DNA from: Eledone cirrhosa
Lineage: Eukaryota
Assembly: GCA_964016885.1 (NCBI GenBank)
Contig: OZ024744.1
Span: forward strand, 108,128,001-108,192,000
Reading direction: 5' to 3'
Length of the DNA stretch: 64,000 nt
A program made the position numbers and the translations under genes. The notes below the pieces were generated by a model. That model did not search any database. It was not told the origin of the DNA and worked only from the letters and a program-made list of their open reading frames with translations. Below are positions 1-13,283 of this stretch, one piece after another (within the stretch, counting starts at the first letter, position 1; every line of letters starts with the position of its first letter).

Positions 1-118
1 CTTTACTTTTCACCTGTCCGGGATTAATAATATAAAGTACCAGTTATGTATTGGGACCGATTTAATCCACTTTCCACTTCTCCCAAATTTCTGTGCCAAA
101 AGTAGAAATCATTATTAT
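1..118 (+). mobile_element. Diverged 3' part of a tRNA-derived SINE
   Basis: AAAGTACCAGT...TGTGCCAAAAGTAGAAA-(ATT) tail shared with the younger SINE copies downstream. Confidence 0.6.
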
Positions 119-145
119 TTAAATAACTTGGATATATGGAATAAT

Positions 146-340
146 GGGCGGTGGATTGGCAGTATCGGTAGAGGGTCGGACGCCATACTTTGACGTATAG
201 AGTTATGGCCCTTGCCATTCTGAGTTCAAATCCCGCCGAGGTTAACTTTGCCTTTCATCCTTACGGGGTCGATAAAATAAAGTACCAGTAATGCACTGGG
301 TAATTGCTGGCCTTGTGCCAAAAGTAGAAACAATTATTAT
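146..340 (+). mobile_element. tRNA-derived SINE, family A (Meta-domain-like core)
   Basis: A-box-like TGGCAGTATCGG, B-box GTTCAAATCC, core GCCTTTCATCCTTACGGGGTCGATAAAATAAAGTACCAG, (ATT) tail; ATTATTATTTAAATAACTT repeated at 111-129 and 333-351. Confidence 0.85.
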
Positions 341-1097
341 TTAAATAACTTAACCATTCTTCGATTCGTTTAGTAATGGGATAGTTATTTAATTGCCATA
401 TTTGATGGCGAATTCTTGTGTCATATTCTGCGACCTCAATTCTCTTCTGTGTCTCTTCTTGTCGTTAATGCAGAGCGACGAAAGAGTTTTGACAATCAAA
501 TATGACAATTAAATAACCACCCCGTTATTAAATTAATCGAGAAATGGGTTGGTTACCTAACTAATAATAAGATCGAAGAGAAACTTAACTGGGATGTGTG
601 TGTGTGTGTCATTATTGGCAACGTTACCCCTCCACAAACATGACAATATTCAGTTATTATTTTAAATAAAAAAAAATTGTAACGTATCTTAATACATTGC
701 TTTCATTTTTATCCTAGATACATTTGTACCATGAATATTTATGCACAAAACAACTTTTATTTGAAAATCTAAGATGAATCTAAGATGTAGTTGTAACTAC
801 AGGTTATGAGCCACGTTGTGAAACATAAAGGTAATCCTTTCAGTGCTTCTGAGTGCAAGGGAAATGACAGAATGTTTTCCATATCTTAGAAGATTATAAA
901 CTGGAGGTACACCATTGTATAGGTTTTATTACATGAATGAATAGCACCAGGTTGCAAATGAAAATGAAACAGATTATCAAAGAAGGTCTGGGATGTCACA
1001 GAAAGAGTAGAATAGAAAATAAATGTCCTGCATTGTTTAGTTACATCCATTTAACAGCTGAATTTAATTCCAACATTGGACAGTACTGTCATTCATT

Positions 1098-1288
1098 CGG
1101 TGGTTTGGCAGTATCGGTAGAGCGTCAGACACCATGCTTTGCATAATAGTTATGGCCCTTTACGTTCTGAGTTCAAATCCCGTCGAGGTTAACTTTGCCG
1201 TTCATCCTTACGGGGGATCGATAAAATAAAGTACCAGTAATGTACTGGATAATCTGCTGGCCTTGTGCCAAAAGTAGAAACAATTATT
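1098..1288 (+). mobile_element. tRNA-derived SINE, family A
   Basis: Same head, core and tail as 146-340. Confidence 0.85.
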
Positions 1289-1411
1289 AACCCCTTAGCA
1301 TCTACATTACTCTATATTTATTATTGTATTTTCACAGTAAAAGCTTTATCTCACATAATTATCTCACATAATATCGAATCTATGAGATTTTGATATTATT
1401 TTTGAGAACAA

Positions 1412-1603
1412 GGGCGGTGAATTGGCAGTGTCGGTAGAGGGTTGGACGCCATGCTTTCTAGCATAGTTACGTCCCTTTACAGTCTGAGTTCAAATCCCGC
1501 CGAGGTTAACTTTGCCCTTTCATCCTTACGGGGGTCGATAAAATAAAGTACCAGTAATACACTGGAGGGTAATTGCTGGCCTTGTGCCTAAAGTAGAAAC
1601 AAT
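1412..1603 (+). mobile_element. tRNA-derived SINE, family A
   Basis: Same head, core and tail as 146-340. Confidence 0.85.
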
Positions 1604-1621
1604 TTTTTGTTTATTTGTCCT

Positions 1622-1820
1622 GGCGCTGGATTGGCAGTATCGGTAGAGAGTCGGACGCCATGCTTTGCATCAAAGAGTTACGGCCCTTTACAGTCTGAGT
1701 TCAAATCCCGCCGAGGTTAACTTTGCCCTTTCATCCTTACGGGGGTCGATAAAATAAAGTACCAGTAATACACTGGGGGGTTAATTGCTGGCCTTGTGCC
1801 AATAGTAGAAACAATTATTA
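1622..1820 (+). mobile_element. tRNA-derived SINE, family A
   Basis: Same head, core and tail as 146-340; directly follows the previous copy. Confidence 0.85.
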
Positions 1821-2011
1821 TGTGGTCGATGACATATGTACGAGCCATGTACTCAGTCGATATTGTCAACTATGATCTTTCGAAACACATGTAGCATTGA
1901 ACATGTGTTAGAAATTAACACACACTAATACTAATTGGAAGATTGTATATGCATAATCCTTAATGACTATGTCTGGCATCTTATTTAATTATTTTAGGTG
2001 TTGGTTAACAG

Positions 2012-5000
2012 TGGCTGTGATGGTGGTGGTGGTGGCGGTTGTGTGGTTGTGATGGTGGTGGTGGCGGTTGTGTGGTTGTGTTGGTGGTGGTGGCGGTTGT
2101 GTGGTTGTGTTGGTGGTGGTGGTGGTGGCGGTTGTGTGGTTGTGATGGTGGTGGTGGCGGTTGTGTGGTTGTGATGGTGGTGGTGGCGGTTGTGTGGTTG
2201 TGTTGGTGGTGGTGGCGGTTGTGTGGTTGTGTTGGTGGTGGTGGTGGTGGCGGTTGTGTGGTTGTGATGGTGGTGGTGGCGGTTGTGTGGTTGTGATGGT
2301 GGTGGTGGCGGTTGTGTGATTGTGTTGGTGGTGGTGGCGGTTGTGTGGTTGTGTTGGTGGTGGTGGTGGTGGCGGTTGTGTGGTTGTGATGGTGGTGGTG
2401 GCGGTTGTGTGGTTGTGATGGTGGTGGTGGCGGTTGTGTGGTTGTGTTGGTGGTGGTGGCGGTTGTGTGGTTGTGTTGGTGGTGGTGGTGGTGGCGGTTG
2501 TGTGGTTGTGATGGTGGTGGTGGCGGTTGTGTGGTTGTGATGGTGGTGGTGGCGGTTGTGTGGTTGTGATGGTGGTGGTGGTGGCGGTTGTGTGGTTGTG
2601 ATGGTGGTGGTGGCGGTTGTGTGGTTGTGATGGTGGTGGTGGTGGCGGTTGTGTGGTTGTGATGGTGGTGGTGGCGGTTGTGTGGTTGTGATGGTGGTGG
2701 TGGTGGCGGTTGTTTGGTTGTGATGGTGGTGGTGGTGGCGGTTGTGTGGTTGTGTTGGTGGTGGTGGCGGTTGTGTGGTTGTGATGGTGGTGGTGGCGGT
2801 TGTGATGGTTGTGATGGTAGTGGTGGCGGTTGTGTGGTTGTGTTGTTGGTGGTGGTGGCGGTTGTGTGGTTGTGATGGTAGTGGTGGTGGCGGTTGTGTG
2901 GTTGTGTTGGTGGTGGTGGCGGTTGTGTGGTTGTGATGGTGGTGGTGGCGGTTGTGATGGTTGTGATGGTAGTGGTGGCGGTTGTGTGGTTGTGATGGTG
3001 GTGGTGGTGGCGGTTGTGTGGTTGTGATGGTGGTGGTGGTGGTTGTGTGGTTGTGATGGTGGTGGTGGCGGTTGTGTGGTTGTGTTGGTGGTGGTGGCGG
3101 TTGTGTGGTTGTGTTGGTGGTGGTGGTGGTGGCGGTTGTGTGGTTGTGATGGTGGTGGTGGCGGTTGTGTGGTTGTGATGGTGGTGGTGGCGGTTGTGTG
3201 GTTGTGATGGTGGTGGTGGTGGCGGTTGTGTGGTTGTGATGGTGGTGGTGGCGGTTGTGTGGTTGTGATGGTGGTGGTGGTGGCGGTTGTGTGGTTGTGA
3301 TGGTGGTGGTGGCGGTTGTGTGGTTGTGATGGTGGTGGTGGTGGCGGTTGTGTGGTTGTGATGGTGGTGGTGGTGGCGGTTGTGTGGTTGTGATGGTGGT
3401 GGTGGCGGTTGTGTGGTTGTGATGGTGGTGGTGGCGGTTGTGATGGTTGTGATGGTAGTGGTGGCGGTTGTGTGGTTGTGTTGTTGGTGGTGGTGGCGGT
3501 TGTGTGGTTGTGATGGTGGTGGTGGTGGCGGTTGTGTGGTTGTGTTGGTGGTGGTGGCGGTTGTGTGGTTGTGATGGTGGTGGTGGCGGTTGTGATGGTT
3601 GTGATGGTAGTGGTGGCGGTTGTGATGGTTGTGATGGTAGTGGTGGCGGTTGTGTGGTTGTGATGGTGATGGTGGTGGCGGTTGTGTGGTTGTGATGGTG
3701 GTGGTGGCGGTTGTGTGGTTGTGATGGTGGTGGTGGCGGTTGTGTGGTTGTGTTGGTGGTGGTGGCGGTTGTGTGGTTGTGAAGGTGGTGGTGGTGGCGG
3801 TTGTGTGGTTGTGTTGGTGGTGGTGGCGGTTGTGTGGTTGTGATGGTGGTGGTGGCGGTTGTGTGGTTGTGATGGTGGTGGTGGTGGCGGTTGTGTGGTT
3901 GTGATGGTGGTGGTGGTGGCGGTTGTGTGGTTGTGATGGTGGTGGTGGCGGTTGTGTGGTTGTGATGGTGGTGGTGGCGGTTGTGATGGTTGTGATGGTA
4001 GTGGTGGCGGTTGTGTGGTTGTGTTGTTGGTGGTGGTGGCGGTTGTGTGGTTGTGATGGTGGTGGTGGTGGCGGTTGTGTGGTTGTGTTGGTGGTGGTGG
4101 CGGTTGTGTGGTTGTGATGGTGGTGGTGGCGGTTGTGATGGTTGTGATGGTAGTGGTGGCGGTTGTGTGGTTGTGATGGTGATGGTGGTGGCGGTTGTGT
4201 GGTTGTGATGGTGGTGGTGGCGGTTGTGTGGTTGTGATGGTGGTGGTGGCGGTTGTGTGGTTGTGTTGGTGGTGGTGGCGGTTGTGTGGTTGTGAAGGTG
4301 GTGGTGGTGGCGGTTGTGTGGTTGTGTTGGTGGTGGTGGCGGTTGTGTGGTTGTGATGGTGGTGGTGGCGGTTGTGATGGTTGTGATGGTAGTGGTGGCG
4401 GTTGTGTGGTTGTGTTGTTGGTGGTGGCGGCGGTTGTGATGGTGGTGGCGGTTGTGTGGTGGTGGTGGCGGTGTGTGGTTGTGATGGTGGTGGTGGCGGC
4501 GGTTGTGTGGTTGTGATGGTGGTGGTGGCGGTTGTGTGGTTGTGATGGTGGTGGTGGCGGCGGTTGTGATGGTGGTGGCGGTTGTGTGGTGGTGGTGGCG
4601 GTGTGTGGTTGTGATGGTGGTGGTGGTGGCGGTTGTGTGGTTGTGATGGTAGTGGTGGCGGTTGTGTGGTTGTGTTGTTGGTGGTGGTGGCGGTTGTGTG
4701 GTTGTGATGGTGGTGGTGGTGGCGGTTGTGTGGTTGTGTTGGTGGTGGTGGCGGTTGTGTGGTTGTGATGGTGGTGGTGGTGGTGGCGGCGGTTGTGATG
4801 GTGGTGGTGGCGGTTATGTGGTTGTGATGGTGGTGGCGGTGTGTGGTTGTGATGGTGGTGGCGGTTGTGTGGTTGTGATGGTGGTGGCGGTTGTGTGGTT
4901 GTGTTGCTGGTGGTGGCGGTTGTGTGGTTGTGATGGTGGTGGTGGTGGCGGTTGTGTGGTTGTGATGGTGGTGGTGGCGGTTGTGTGGTTGTGATGGTGG

Positions 5001-5690
5001 TGGTGGTGGTGGCGGTTGTGATGGTGGTGGTGGCGGTTGTGTGGTTGTGTTGGTGGTGGTGGCGGTTGTGTGGTTGTGATGGTGGTGGTGGTGGCGGTGG
5101 CGATTGTGATGGTGGTGGTTGTGGTTGTGTGGTTGTGATGGTGGTGGCGGTTGTGTGGTTGTGATGGTGGTGGCGGTTGTGTGGTTGTGATGGTGGTGGT
5201 GGCGGTTGTGTGGTTGTGATGGTGGTGGTGGCGGTTGTGTGGTTGTGATGGTGGTGGTGGCGGTTGTGTGGTTGTGTTGGTGGTGGTGGCGGTTGTGTGG
5301 TTGTGATGGTGGTGGTGGCGGTTGTGTGGTTGTGATGGTGGTGGTGGCGGTTGTGTGGTCGTGATGGTGGTGGTGGCGGTTGTGTGGTTGTGATGGTGGT
5401 GGTGGCGGTTGTGTGGTCGTGATGGTGGTGGCGGCGGTTGTGTGGTTGTGATGGTGGTGGTGGCGGTTGTGTGGTTGTGATGGTGGTGGTGGCGGTTGTG
5501 TGGTTGTGATGGTGGTGGTGGCGGTTGTGTGGTCGTGATGGTGGTGGCGGCGGTTGTGTGGTTGTGATGGTGGTGGTGGCGGTTGTGTGGTTGTGATGGT
5601 GGTGGTGGCGGTTGTGTGGTTGTGATGGTGGTGGTGGCGGTTGTGTGGTCGTGATGGTGGTGGCGGCGGTTGTGTGGTTGTGATGGTAGT
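2012..5690. repeat. G/T-rich minisatellite, unit about 29-32 bp (GGTGGTGGTGGCGGTTGTGTGGTTGTGAT), roughly 120 copies
   Basis: Directly visible tandem array with a variable number of GGT triplets. Confidence 0.95.
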
Positions 5691-5694
5691 GTTT

Positions 5695-6180
5695 TAGTTG
5701 GTGGTCTTGGTGGGGGATAGTGGTGGTGGTGGGTATAGTGGTGGTGGTAGGGGTAGTGGTGGTGTTGTTGTTAGTGGTAGTGGTGGGGGATAGTGGTGGT
5801 GGTAGGGGTAGGGGTAGTGGTGGTGTTGTTGTTTGTGGTAGTGGTGGGGGATAGTGGTGGTGGTAGGGGTAGTGGTGATGTTGTTGTTGGTGGTGGTGGG
5901 GATAGTGGTGGTGTTGTTGTTGGTGGTGGTAGGAGTAGTGGTGGTGGTGTTGTTCGTGGTAGTGGTGGGGATAGTGGTGGTGGTAGGGATATTGGTGGTG
6001 TTGTTGTTGGTGGTGATGGTAGGGGTAGTGGTGGTGTTGTTGTTGGTGGTGGTAGGGATTTTGGTGGTGTTGTTGTTGGTGGTGATGGTAGGGGTAGTGG
6101 TGGTGTTGTTGTTAGTGGTCATGGTGGGGATAGTGGTGTTGTTGTTGGTGGTGGTGTTGCTGATGGTGGTAGAGGTGTGT
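5695..6180. repeat. Degenerate (GGT/GTT/GTA)n low-complexity repeat
   Basis: Directly visible. Confidence 0.85.
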
Positions 6181-6239
6181 GTGTACACTAGATGTCCCGC
6201 ATAGTCGGGACATTGACCTGCATGTATCTACTAATTCTA

Positions 6240-6830
6240 TTGCTTATGGGTGTTCGACTGGTGTTCGACTCTGGGTCGACTCATGAGTTCGATTCCTGTT
6301 GGCGTATTGTGTCATTAAGCACGACATTTTATTTCACGTTGCTCCTGAAACTGAAAACAAACCCAGCTTTGTCACACACAATGTCAAGCTGGATCTCCCC
6401 AAGAATTATGTTACTTGTAGATATGTCTATGTGGTTTCCACCCACTCACAATAAAATAATAGATGGACCGCACTTATAATTCAAAGGACCAGCCTTATCA
6501 TATAATATGTCATGCCGAATCTTCCTGAGAACTACGTAAGAGTACACGGGTCTATAAAATTCTCACGTTAATTGTACGTTAATTTCATGTGAAGGCTGTT
6601 CGATTGGTCAAACTTGTGGACACACGTTGTTTGACTCGAGTGGCGAATTGGGTGAGTTCGAATCCCGGTCATGTCAACTTACTCACAAACACTCTAACAC
6701 ATAAAAACAAATAACAAACTTGAAAAAGTAAGTAAAGGGGTCGTCGATAAGATCCAATAAATGAAGGTGGTGTCTCTGCACGGGTACAATCTATTAACTG
6801 AGACCAGTAAAAGAATAAAAGAATGAATGA
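6240..6830 (+). mobile_element. Old SINE remnants
   Basis: GTTCGATTCC...TTTATTTCACGTTGCTCC matches the SINE at 63208-63422; B-box GAGTTCGAATCCC near 6654; GTAAAAGAATAAAAGAAT tail. Confidence 0.55.
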
Positions 6831-6861
6831 ATGAATGAATGAATGTATATATGTATGTATA

Positions 6862-7100
6862 ACCCCGATATTAAACCTGCGACATAAAACCTTCTTTTCG
6901 GGTTACAGCTACTGTCGCTCAGAGAGTGGGATTGGCTCAGTGCACAGTCTTTCCTCACTTAAAAAATTCTTCACACACAGGCATTGCACGATGGAATTGA
7001 TTAATAATTATTAGTAATGTTATATCGTGCAATGGTCATATTCGATAACGAGGGGGCAGTCATCATGTATGTATGTATGCATATATGTATGTATGTATGT
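6862..7100 (+). mobile_element. 3' half of a non-autonomous RTE-derived element with TATG tail
   Basis: Reverse complement of 13677-14015; ends in GGTCATATTCGATAACGAGGGGGCAGTCATC followed by (TATG)n. Confidence 0.65.
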
Positions 7101-7214
7101 ACTTCTGGTTTTATAATTTCACAAATTTTTACTAATAGAGAATCATTGGAATTTACACAACATCAACTAGGTAGATATGTATGTATGTCTGTCTGCATGA
7201 ATGTGTGTGCAGGT

Positions 7215-8811
7215 ATGGATGTTATTGTATGTTTTGAGTTGTATGTGGGATTTTACTGGAACATTCCACCAATACTCTTTCATATTATGTACATGGATGT
7301 CTTCCACATTGCTGTAGCTTTTAATGTGTTTATTATCGGGGCTATCTTTTCTATGGATTGCATTGTACAGTGTTTTGGCCACTACATCATGCCTCATAGG
7401 TAGATAGTATCGCAATGACATCTTTGGACAGCTGCTGATGACATGGGTGACATCTTTGATGTTAGTTCTGCAGAGTGTGCACTTGTCACATCTAGATGTT
7501 TTGCCTGCATCCCTATCTCGGTTGTGAATCAGGTATTTCGTGTTGATTTCCTGTTCTTGGATTGCAAAAGGATATCCTTCAAAGTGGGAGCCAATATAGC
7601 GGTTGTTGGTCCAAGATATCTATATTAGTCTCACTCTGGCGCTTCCTGGCAACATATCCATGCATGATTTTTTGCTGATAAGCATGAAGTTTTTCATCCA
7701 TGGATTCACTGCGGTACTGCTGAGCGACCCCCCTGGGTGTGAGTTTTTGATTATCACGCAGGGAATATCTTTCAAGGAGTTTCTTCCCAATTCTCATTAT
7801 CTTATCTGTCTCATGGTCTGAGTTCAAATCCCGCCGAGGTAAACTTTGCCTTTCATCCTTTCGGGGTCGTACCAGTAATGCACTGGGTAATTGCTGGCCA
7901 TGTGCCAAAAGTAGAAACAATTATCTTATCTGTCTCATGCAGATAGACTTGCTCGATAGACGGGCTCTTACGCTTCGAGGTTTGTAAATGTTGTTGGAGG
8001 GATATGATGCGACATTCAAATGTTGTCTGGCCTCTGCCTCCCTGCTTCCGTTTCAAGTAAAGGCGGTCTATGTCACTGTTGATGTGGAAGTTTCCGGTGT
8101 TGTTTAGTATTTTTCGAGTTCTAACATCAATTGCTCGGATTTCGTCTATCATCCAATTGAGTATTCCAAACGTTGGTGTTAGGACAGGCACAGCAAACAC
8201 ATTGTGAGCCACTGTTTTTTTGTGCGCGGAGAGTTCGATGACCATATTTTTCTTAATCGGGTGTAGTATTCCCTGGTTACGCGTTCCTTATTACAAATAC
8301 CATCATATGACATATTCTCATCTATCCCCAGGTATCTGTAGCAGTTCTCATCAGATATTGGTGAAGGAGTTAGGCCATTTAAAAATGTTGCTAGATTGGG
8401 TTGTAGTTTTTCCCCGCTTTACAGTCATATATGAGCATTTATCTTGGCCAAACTCCATTCCTATATCCTTTCAGAATGTTGTAAACAGGTCAAGATTTTT
8501 CTTCATCCCATCTATGTTCTTGGTATAGACTTTCAGATCATCCACAAAGAAATTATGGGTTAAGTTCTATTTCTGTCCTCCTGTGAGCCAATGATGTATC
8601 TTTCACTCCCTGAAATATACATCAGTGAAAATAGATTTCTCCTTCTCTGTTTTTAACTTTAGGATAGTAGCCCAAGGAGAAGACAGCTTCTCTATGACTC
8701 TGATAATAATGTCTAGGACTTTAGCATGTCGGAGGGACTCTATCATCCAAGAGTGGAGAACAGAATCGAAAGCTTTCCTGTAGTCCAGCCAGACTGTAGC
8801 CATATTCCTTC
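7215..8811 (-). mobile_element. R4/Dong-like (RLE-type) non-LTR retrotransposon fragment, decayed
   Basis: WLDYRKAFDSVLHSW, HNFFVDDLK, GMEFGQDKC, FHINSDIDRLYLKRKQGGRG, CPKMSLRYYLPMRHDVVAK; multiple frameshifts. Confidence 0.8.
7816..7919 (+). mobile_element. 5'-truncated family A SINE nested in the R4/Dong fragment
   Basis: 20-bp TSD ATTATCTTATCTGTCTCATG at 7796-7815 and 7920-7939. Confidence 0.9.
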
Positions 8812-8827
8812 TATGTATGTGTGTATG

Positions 8828-11683
8828 AAAAGTAGGATGTCCACCCAAGTTTGTGAGTATGTTAAAGCAGCTGCACAGAAATATGAAAGCTCAAGTTACC
8901 TTCAATGGTCAACTATCTGGGGAAATCCCAATTGACAACAGGGTAAAGCAAGGTGATACTCCTACGTTTTTCTCCATCTTCTTTGCTACCTTGCTCACAC
9001 ATACTTTCCATGATTGTGACAGAGGCATTCTTTTACGGTTCAGAACCACTGGAAAGGTTTTCAACTTAAGAAGGTTTAATGCCAAGACAAAAACTGTTCA
9101 AACTTTACGCCGACGACGCTGACTTCCTGGCACACACAGAAGCTGACAAGCAGCACTTTATGGGCCGATTCTCATCCTCGTGTGCAGCATTTGGGCTTAC
9201 AATCAGACTTAAAAAGACCAAAGTAATGATTTTTCCTGCTCTTGGAGAAGCATATACTGAACCCAATTCCATGGTTGATGGAACCAGGCTGGGAATAGTA
9301 GATAAAATTGTCTACTTGGGTAGCACCCTCTCAAATTATAGCTCCTTGGACGCTGAAATACATCTGCGCATCCAGAAGGTCTCTGTTGCCTTCGGAAAAT
9401 TGGAAAAGAGAGTTTGGGCAAATCGCAACATTACCAACAACACCAAGGTGTATATGTATAGATCATGTGTTGTGTCAGCTCTTTTATACTCTGCTGAAAC
9501 CTGGACGTTATTCCACACATCAAATTGCCTGAGCGATTTCAGCAGAAATGTTTAAGGCACATATTCAACATCAAGTGGCAAGACAGAACTCCTGACATCC
9601 AAGTCCTTGTCAAAGCAGAATGTCCTAGCATTAAGTTTCAAGTAACATCTTCTCAAATACACTGGACAGGACATATCGTCCGCATGAAAGAAAGAGCAGG
9701 ATCCCGAAGCAACTGTTTTACGGTGAGCTCCATCTTGGAAAAAGGCCTCAACACAAACTGAAAGTGAGGTACAAGGAGAGTATCAAGAACAACCCCCAAA
9801 GAGCTGGCATTTGATAAAAACAACTGTGAGGAGATAGCTGTAAATAGGGCTGAGGAGAGAAAGCACATAAATGGCAGTTACAAAACTTTTGAGGAATGTC
9901 GTCTAGAACATAAACAACTGAAGTGTCAACTCCGGAAGGGCTGTGGACACAGTCTAGATGAAGTCATCTGTAGTTGGACATGTAATTTCTACCAGTGTGT
10001 ACTCCTCTCAAAGGCTGGTTATGTTAATCACCTGAAGTCATCAGTAGCTGGACATGTAATTTCTACCAGTGTGTACTCCTCTCAAAGGCTGGTTATGTTA
10101 ATCACCTGAAGTCATCAGTAGCTGGACATGTAATTTCTACCAGTGTGTACTCCTCTCAAAGGCTGGTTATGTTAATCACCTGAAGTCATCAGTAGCTGGA
10201 CATGTAATTTCTACCAGTGTGTACTCCTCTCAAAGGCTGGTTATGTTAATCACCTGAAGTCATCAGTAGCTGGACATGTAATTTCTACCAGTGTGTGTAC
10301 TCTCCAAGGCTGGCTATGTTAATCACCTGGAGTCATCAGTAGCTGGACATGTAATTTCTACCAGTGTGTACTCCTCTCAAAGGCTGGTTATGTTAATCAC
10401 CTGAAGTCATCAGTAGCTGGACATGTAATTTCTACCAGTGTGTACTCCTCTCAAAGGCTGGTTATGTTAATCACCTGAAGTCATCAGAAGTTGGACATGT
10501 AATTTCTACCAGTGTGTACTCCTCTCAAAGGCTGGTTATGTTAATCACCTGAAGTCACCAGTAGCTGGACATGTAATTTCTACCAGTGTGTACTCCTCTC
10601 AAAGGCTGGTTATGTTAATCACCTGAAGTCATCAGAAGTTGGACATGTAATTTCTACCAGTGTGTACTCCTCTCAAAGGCTGGTTATGTTAATCACCTGG
10701 AGTCATCAGTAGCTGGACATGTAATTTCTACCAGTGTGTACTCCTCTCAAAGGCTGGCTATGTTAATCACCGGAAGTCATCAATAGTTGGACATGTAATT
10801 TCTACCAGTGTGTACTCCTCTCAAAGGCTGGCTATGTTAATCACCTGAAGTCATCAGTAGCTGGACATGTAATTTCTACCAGTGTGTACTCCTCTCAAAG
10901 GCTGGTTATGTTAATCACCTGAAGTCATCAGTAGTTAGACATGTAATTTCTACCAGTGTGTACTCCTCTCAAAGGCTGGTTATGTTAATCACCTGAAGTC
11001 ATCAGTAGCTGGACATGTAATTTCTACCAGTGTGTACTCCTCTCAAAGGCTGGCTATGTTAATCACCTGAAGTCATCAGTAGCTGGACATGTAATTTCTA
11101 CCAGTGTGTGTACTCCTCTCAAAGGCTGGTTAAGTTAATCACTTGAAGTCATCAGTAGCTGGACATGTAATTTCTACCAGTGTGTACTCCTCTCAAAGGC
11201 TGGTTATGTTAATCACCTGAAGTCATCAGTAGCTGGACATGTAAGTTCTACCAGTGTGTACTCCTCTCAAAGGCTGGTTATGTTAATCCCCTGGAGTCAT
11301 CAGTAGCTGGACATGTAATTTCTACCAGTGTGTACTCCTCTCAAAGGCTGGCTATGTTAATCACCTGAAGTCACATGAAAGGATAACTACCCACAACACC
11401 ACTCAACAAAGCCCTGGTGAAACAACGTGGGTGATATGCTACAAAGTGTGTAGAACTAGTTCTGGACTAAAAAGACACATGGTGGTACATAAAGATTGTG
11501 TTCCACAGAGTGACCCCACCAGTCCTGTGGAAAACGCAACTCTCTTCTGTCACCGGTGTCGTAAACTATGTAGATCTACAGCTGGCCTATAAAGTCATCT
11601 ACGAAGTCATGGATGCAGATGGGATGACAATGAAGAATCAATAAGACACAGCAGTCGTCTGTGAAGACGCTGCAAACCCCATC
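8828..11683 (+). mobile_element. 5'-truncated RTE LINE (RT C-terminal half plus C2H2 finger remnants), decayed
   Basis: RVKQGD, LYADD, YLGSTLS, LLYSAETW, HWTGHIVRM; C-terminal finger remnants; ends in a (TATG)n tail. Confidence 0.85.
9959..11373. repeat. 74-bp tandem repeat, about 19 copies, derived from an RTE zinc-finger coding segment
   Basis: Period 74 (TCAGTAG at 10041 and 10115); unit reads SWTCNFYQCVLLSKAGYVNHLKS. Confidence 0.95.
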
Positions 11684-11863
11684 TATGTATGTATGTATGT
11701 ATGTATGTATGTATGTATGTATGTATGTATGTATGTATGTATGTATGTATGTATGTATGTATGTATGTATGTATGTATGTATGTATGTATGTATGTTTGT
11801 ATGTATGTATGTATGTATGTATGTATGTATGTATGTATGTATGTATGTATGTATGTTTGTATG
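11684..11863. repeat. (TATG)n microsatellite, the RTE tail
   Basis: Directly visible. Confidence 0.95.
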
Positions 11864-12530
11864 ATTATAGTGTTATAAGTCTGCTCGAATTGGTAGGAAA
11901 AGTCTTATCCAAGGTCTTGCTGAATTGTCTAATAAAATGGATCTGTCCTGGTATCATCCCTGTAACCCAGTGTGGATTCAGAGCTGAGTAAGGTACAATG
12001 GACATGATTTTCTCAGCCTGTCATCTTATGGAGAAGTGTGTTAAGCAGCAAGTGCCACTTTACCAAGTATTTGTGGACCTTAACAAACCCTTTGATACTG
12101 TTAATAGTAGTGCACTGTGGGTCATATTGGGGAAACTTGGATGCCTTCATGAGTTTGTTGGAATATTCAGAAAACTCCATCAAGATATGAAAGCAAAAGT
12201 GAACTTCAATGGGACACTTTCAGAGCCAATTTCAGTGGAAAACGGTGTTAAACAAGGTGACATACCTGTACCTACTCTGTTCTCCATCTAGTTAACCATG
12301 CTGCTGACATATGTCTTCCAAGACTTCGAAATTGGTGTATACTTGCAATTTAGAACATCTGGCAAAGTCTTTAATCTAAGATAGTTTAACACCAAGTCCA
12401 AACTATTTGGTACTCTTGTTAAGGAGTTCCTGTATGCTGATGATGCAGGTTTTGTGGCTAATATAGTAGAGGGCATGCAGTTTATATTGGACACCTTCTC
12501 CAATGCATGTAATGTATTTGGGCCAAATAT
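11864..12530 (+). mobile_element. RTE LINE RT fragment, decayed
   Basis: TQCGFR, MDMIFS, FVDLNKPFDTV, GVKQGD, FLYADD with stop codons. Confidence 0.85.
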
Positions 12531-13283
12531 TAATATAAAAATTATCGTTAGTGTGTTTGAGGGCGTTAAACCAATCTGACTATTTGGCTATTATCCCCTA
12601 CTCCAAGTCCTAAGAAACAGCAGTTTCTCCGACAAAAATATACCTGATTTAAAAACATACCATTTACCTCGCGAACCATGTGTGAAACCACAAAATATAA
12701 CGGCACAGCGTTCCACATTAAATGAAGGATACTGGAAAAATCCACTCCTACGTCAATTGGACAAAATTTTGCCAGTTGTGTAACTCGAAGAAGTGGAATA
12801 TACTCTCATAGTGGCTTCAGGGAAACATTGCTTAAATGCGCCCCTCGACTACTTCAATTGCTGTCCCCATGAAGCAAAATATGTCCTAAAAATGGTCTTG
12901 ATCAAATTAATTGAATTTATTTTCTTCGACTCTTCAATTTAGTCCATGTGCTCTCTGTGAAACATAAGTTTTTTCTAGTTACCTCCCTTTTCACTTACAT
13001 TACATAAGGTACTTGTCTATTTATAGATAATTTCGGGATTACCTACCCTTAGAATTCTCCTATCTTTTCTAAATTCTCCAGGATGGGGAGCCATTTTTTC
13101 TTTTTATGAAAGGCTGAATGAGTTACTTAAGTACCTGTACATGTTACTGTTGTAACTAATTATATCTATATCTATCTATGATCCAATTAATTCCTCCGTT
13201 CACCAGGGATAATCACCTGACCATGGGACCACTGTACCCCCCCCTCTTATATATATATATATATATATACATAATATAGAAAT

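Noticed and set aside
2039-6204. Gly/Val/Cys-rich and Thr/Asn-rich (mucin-like) ORFs
   Set aside because: Translations of the GGT minisatellite; the unit length is not a consistent multiple of 3 and there is no unique coding context
9959-11373. Possible tandem C2H2 zinc-finger host gene or CRISPR array
   Set aside because: The 74-bp period breaks frame, there are no unique spacers, and it lies inside a LINE
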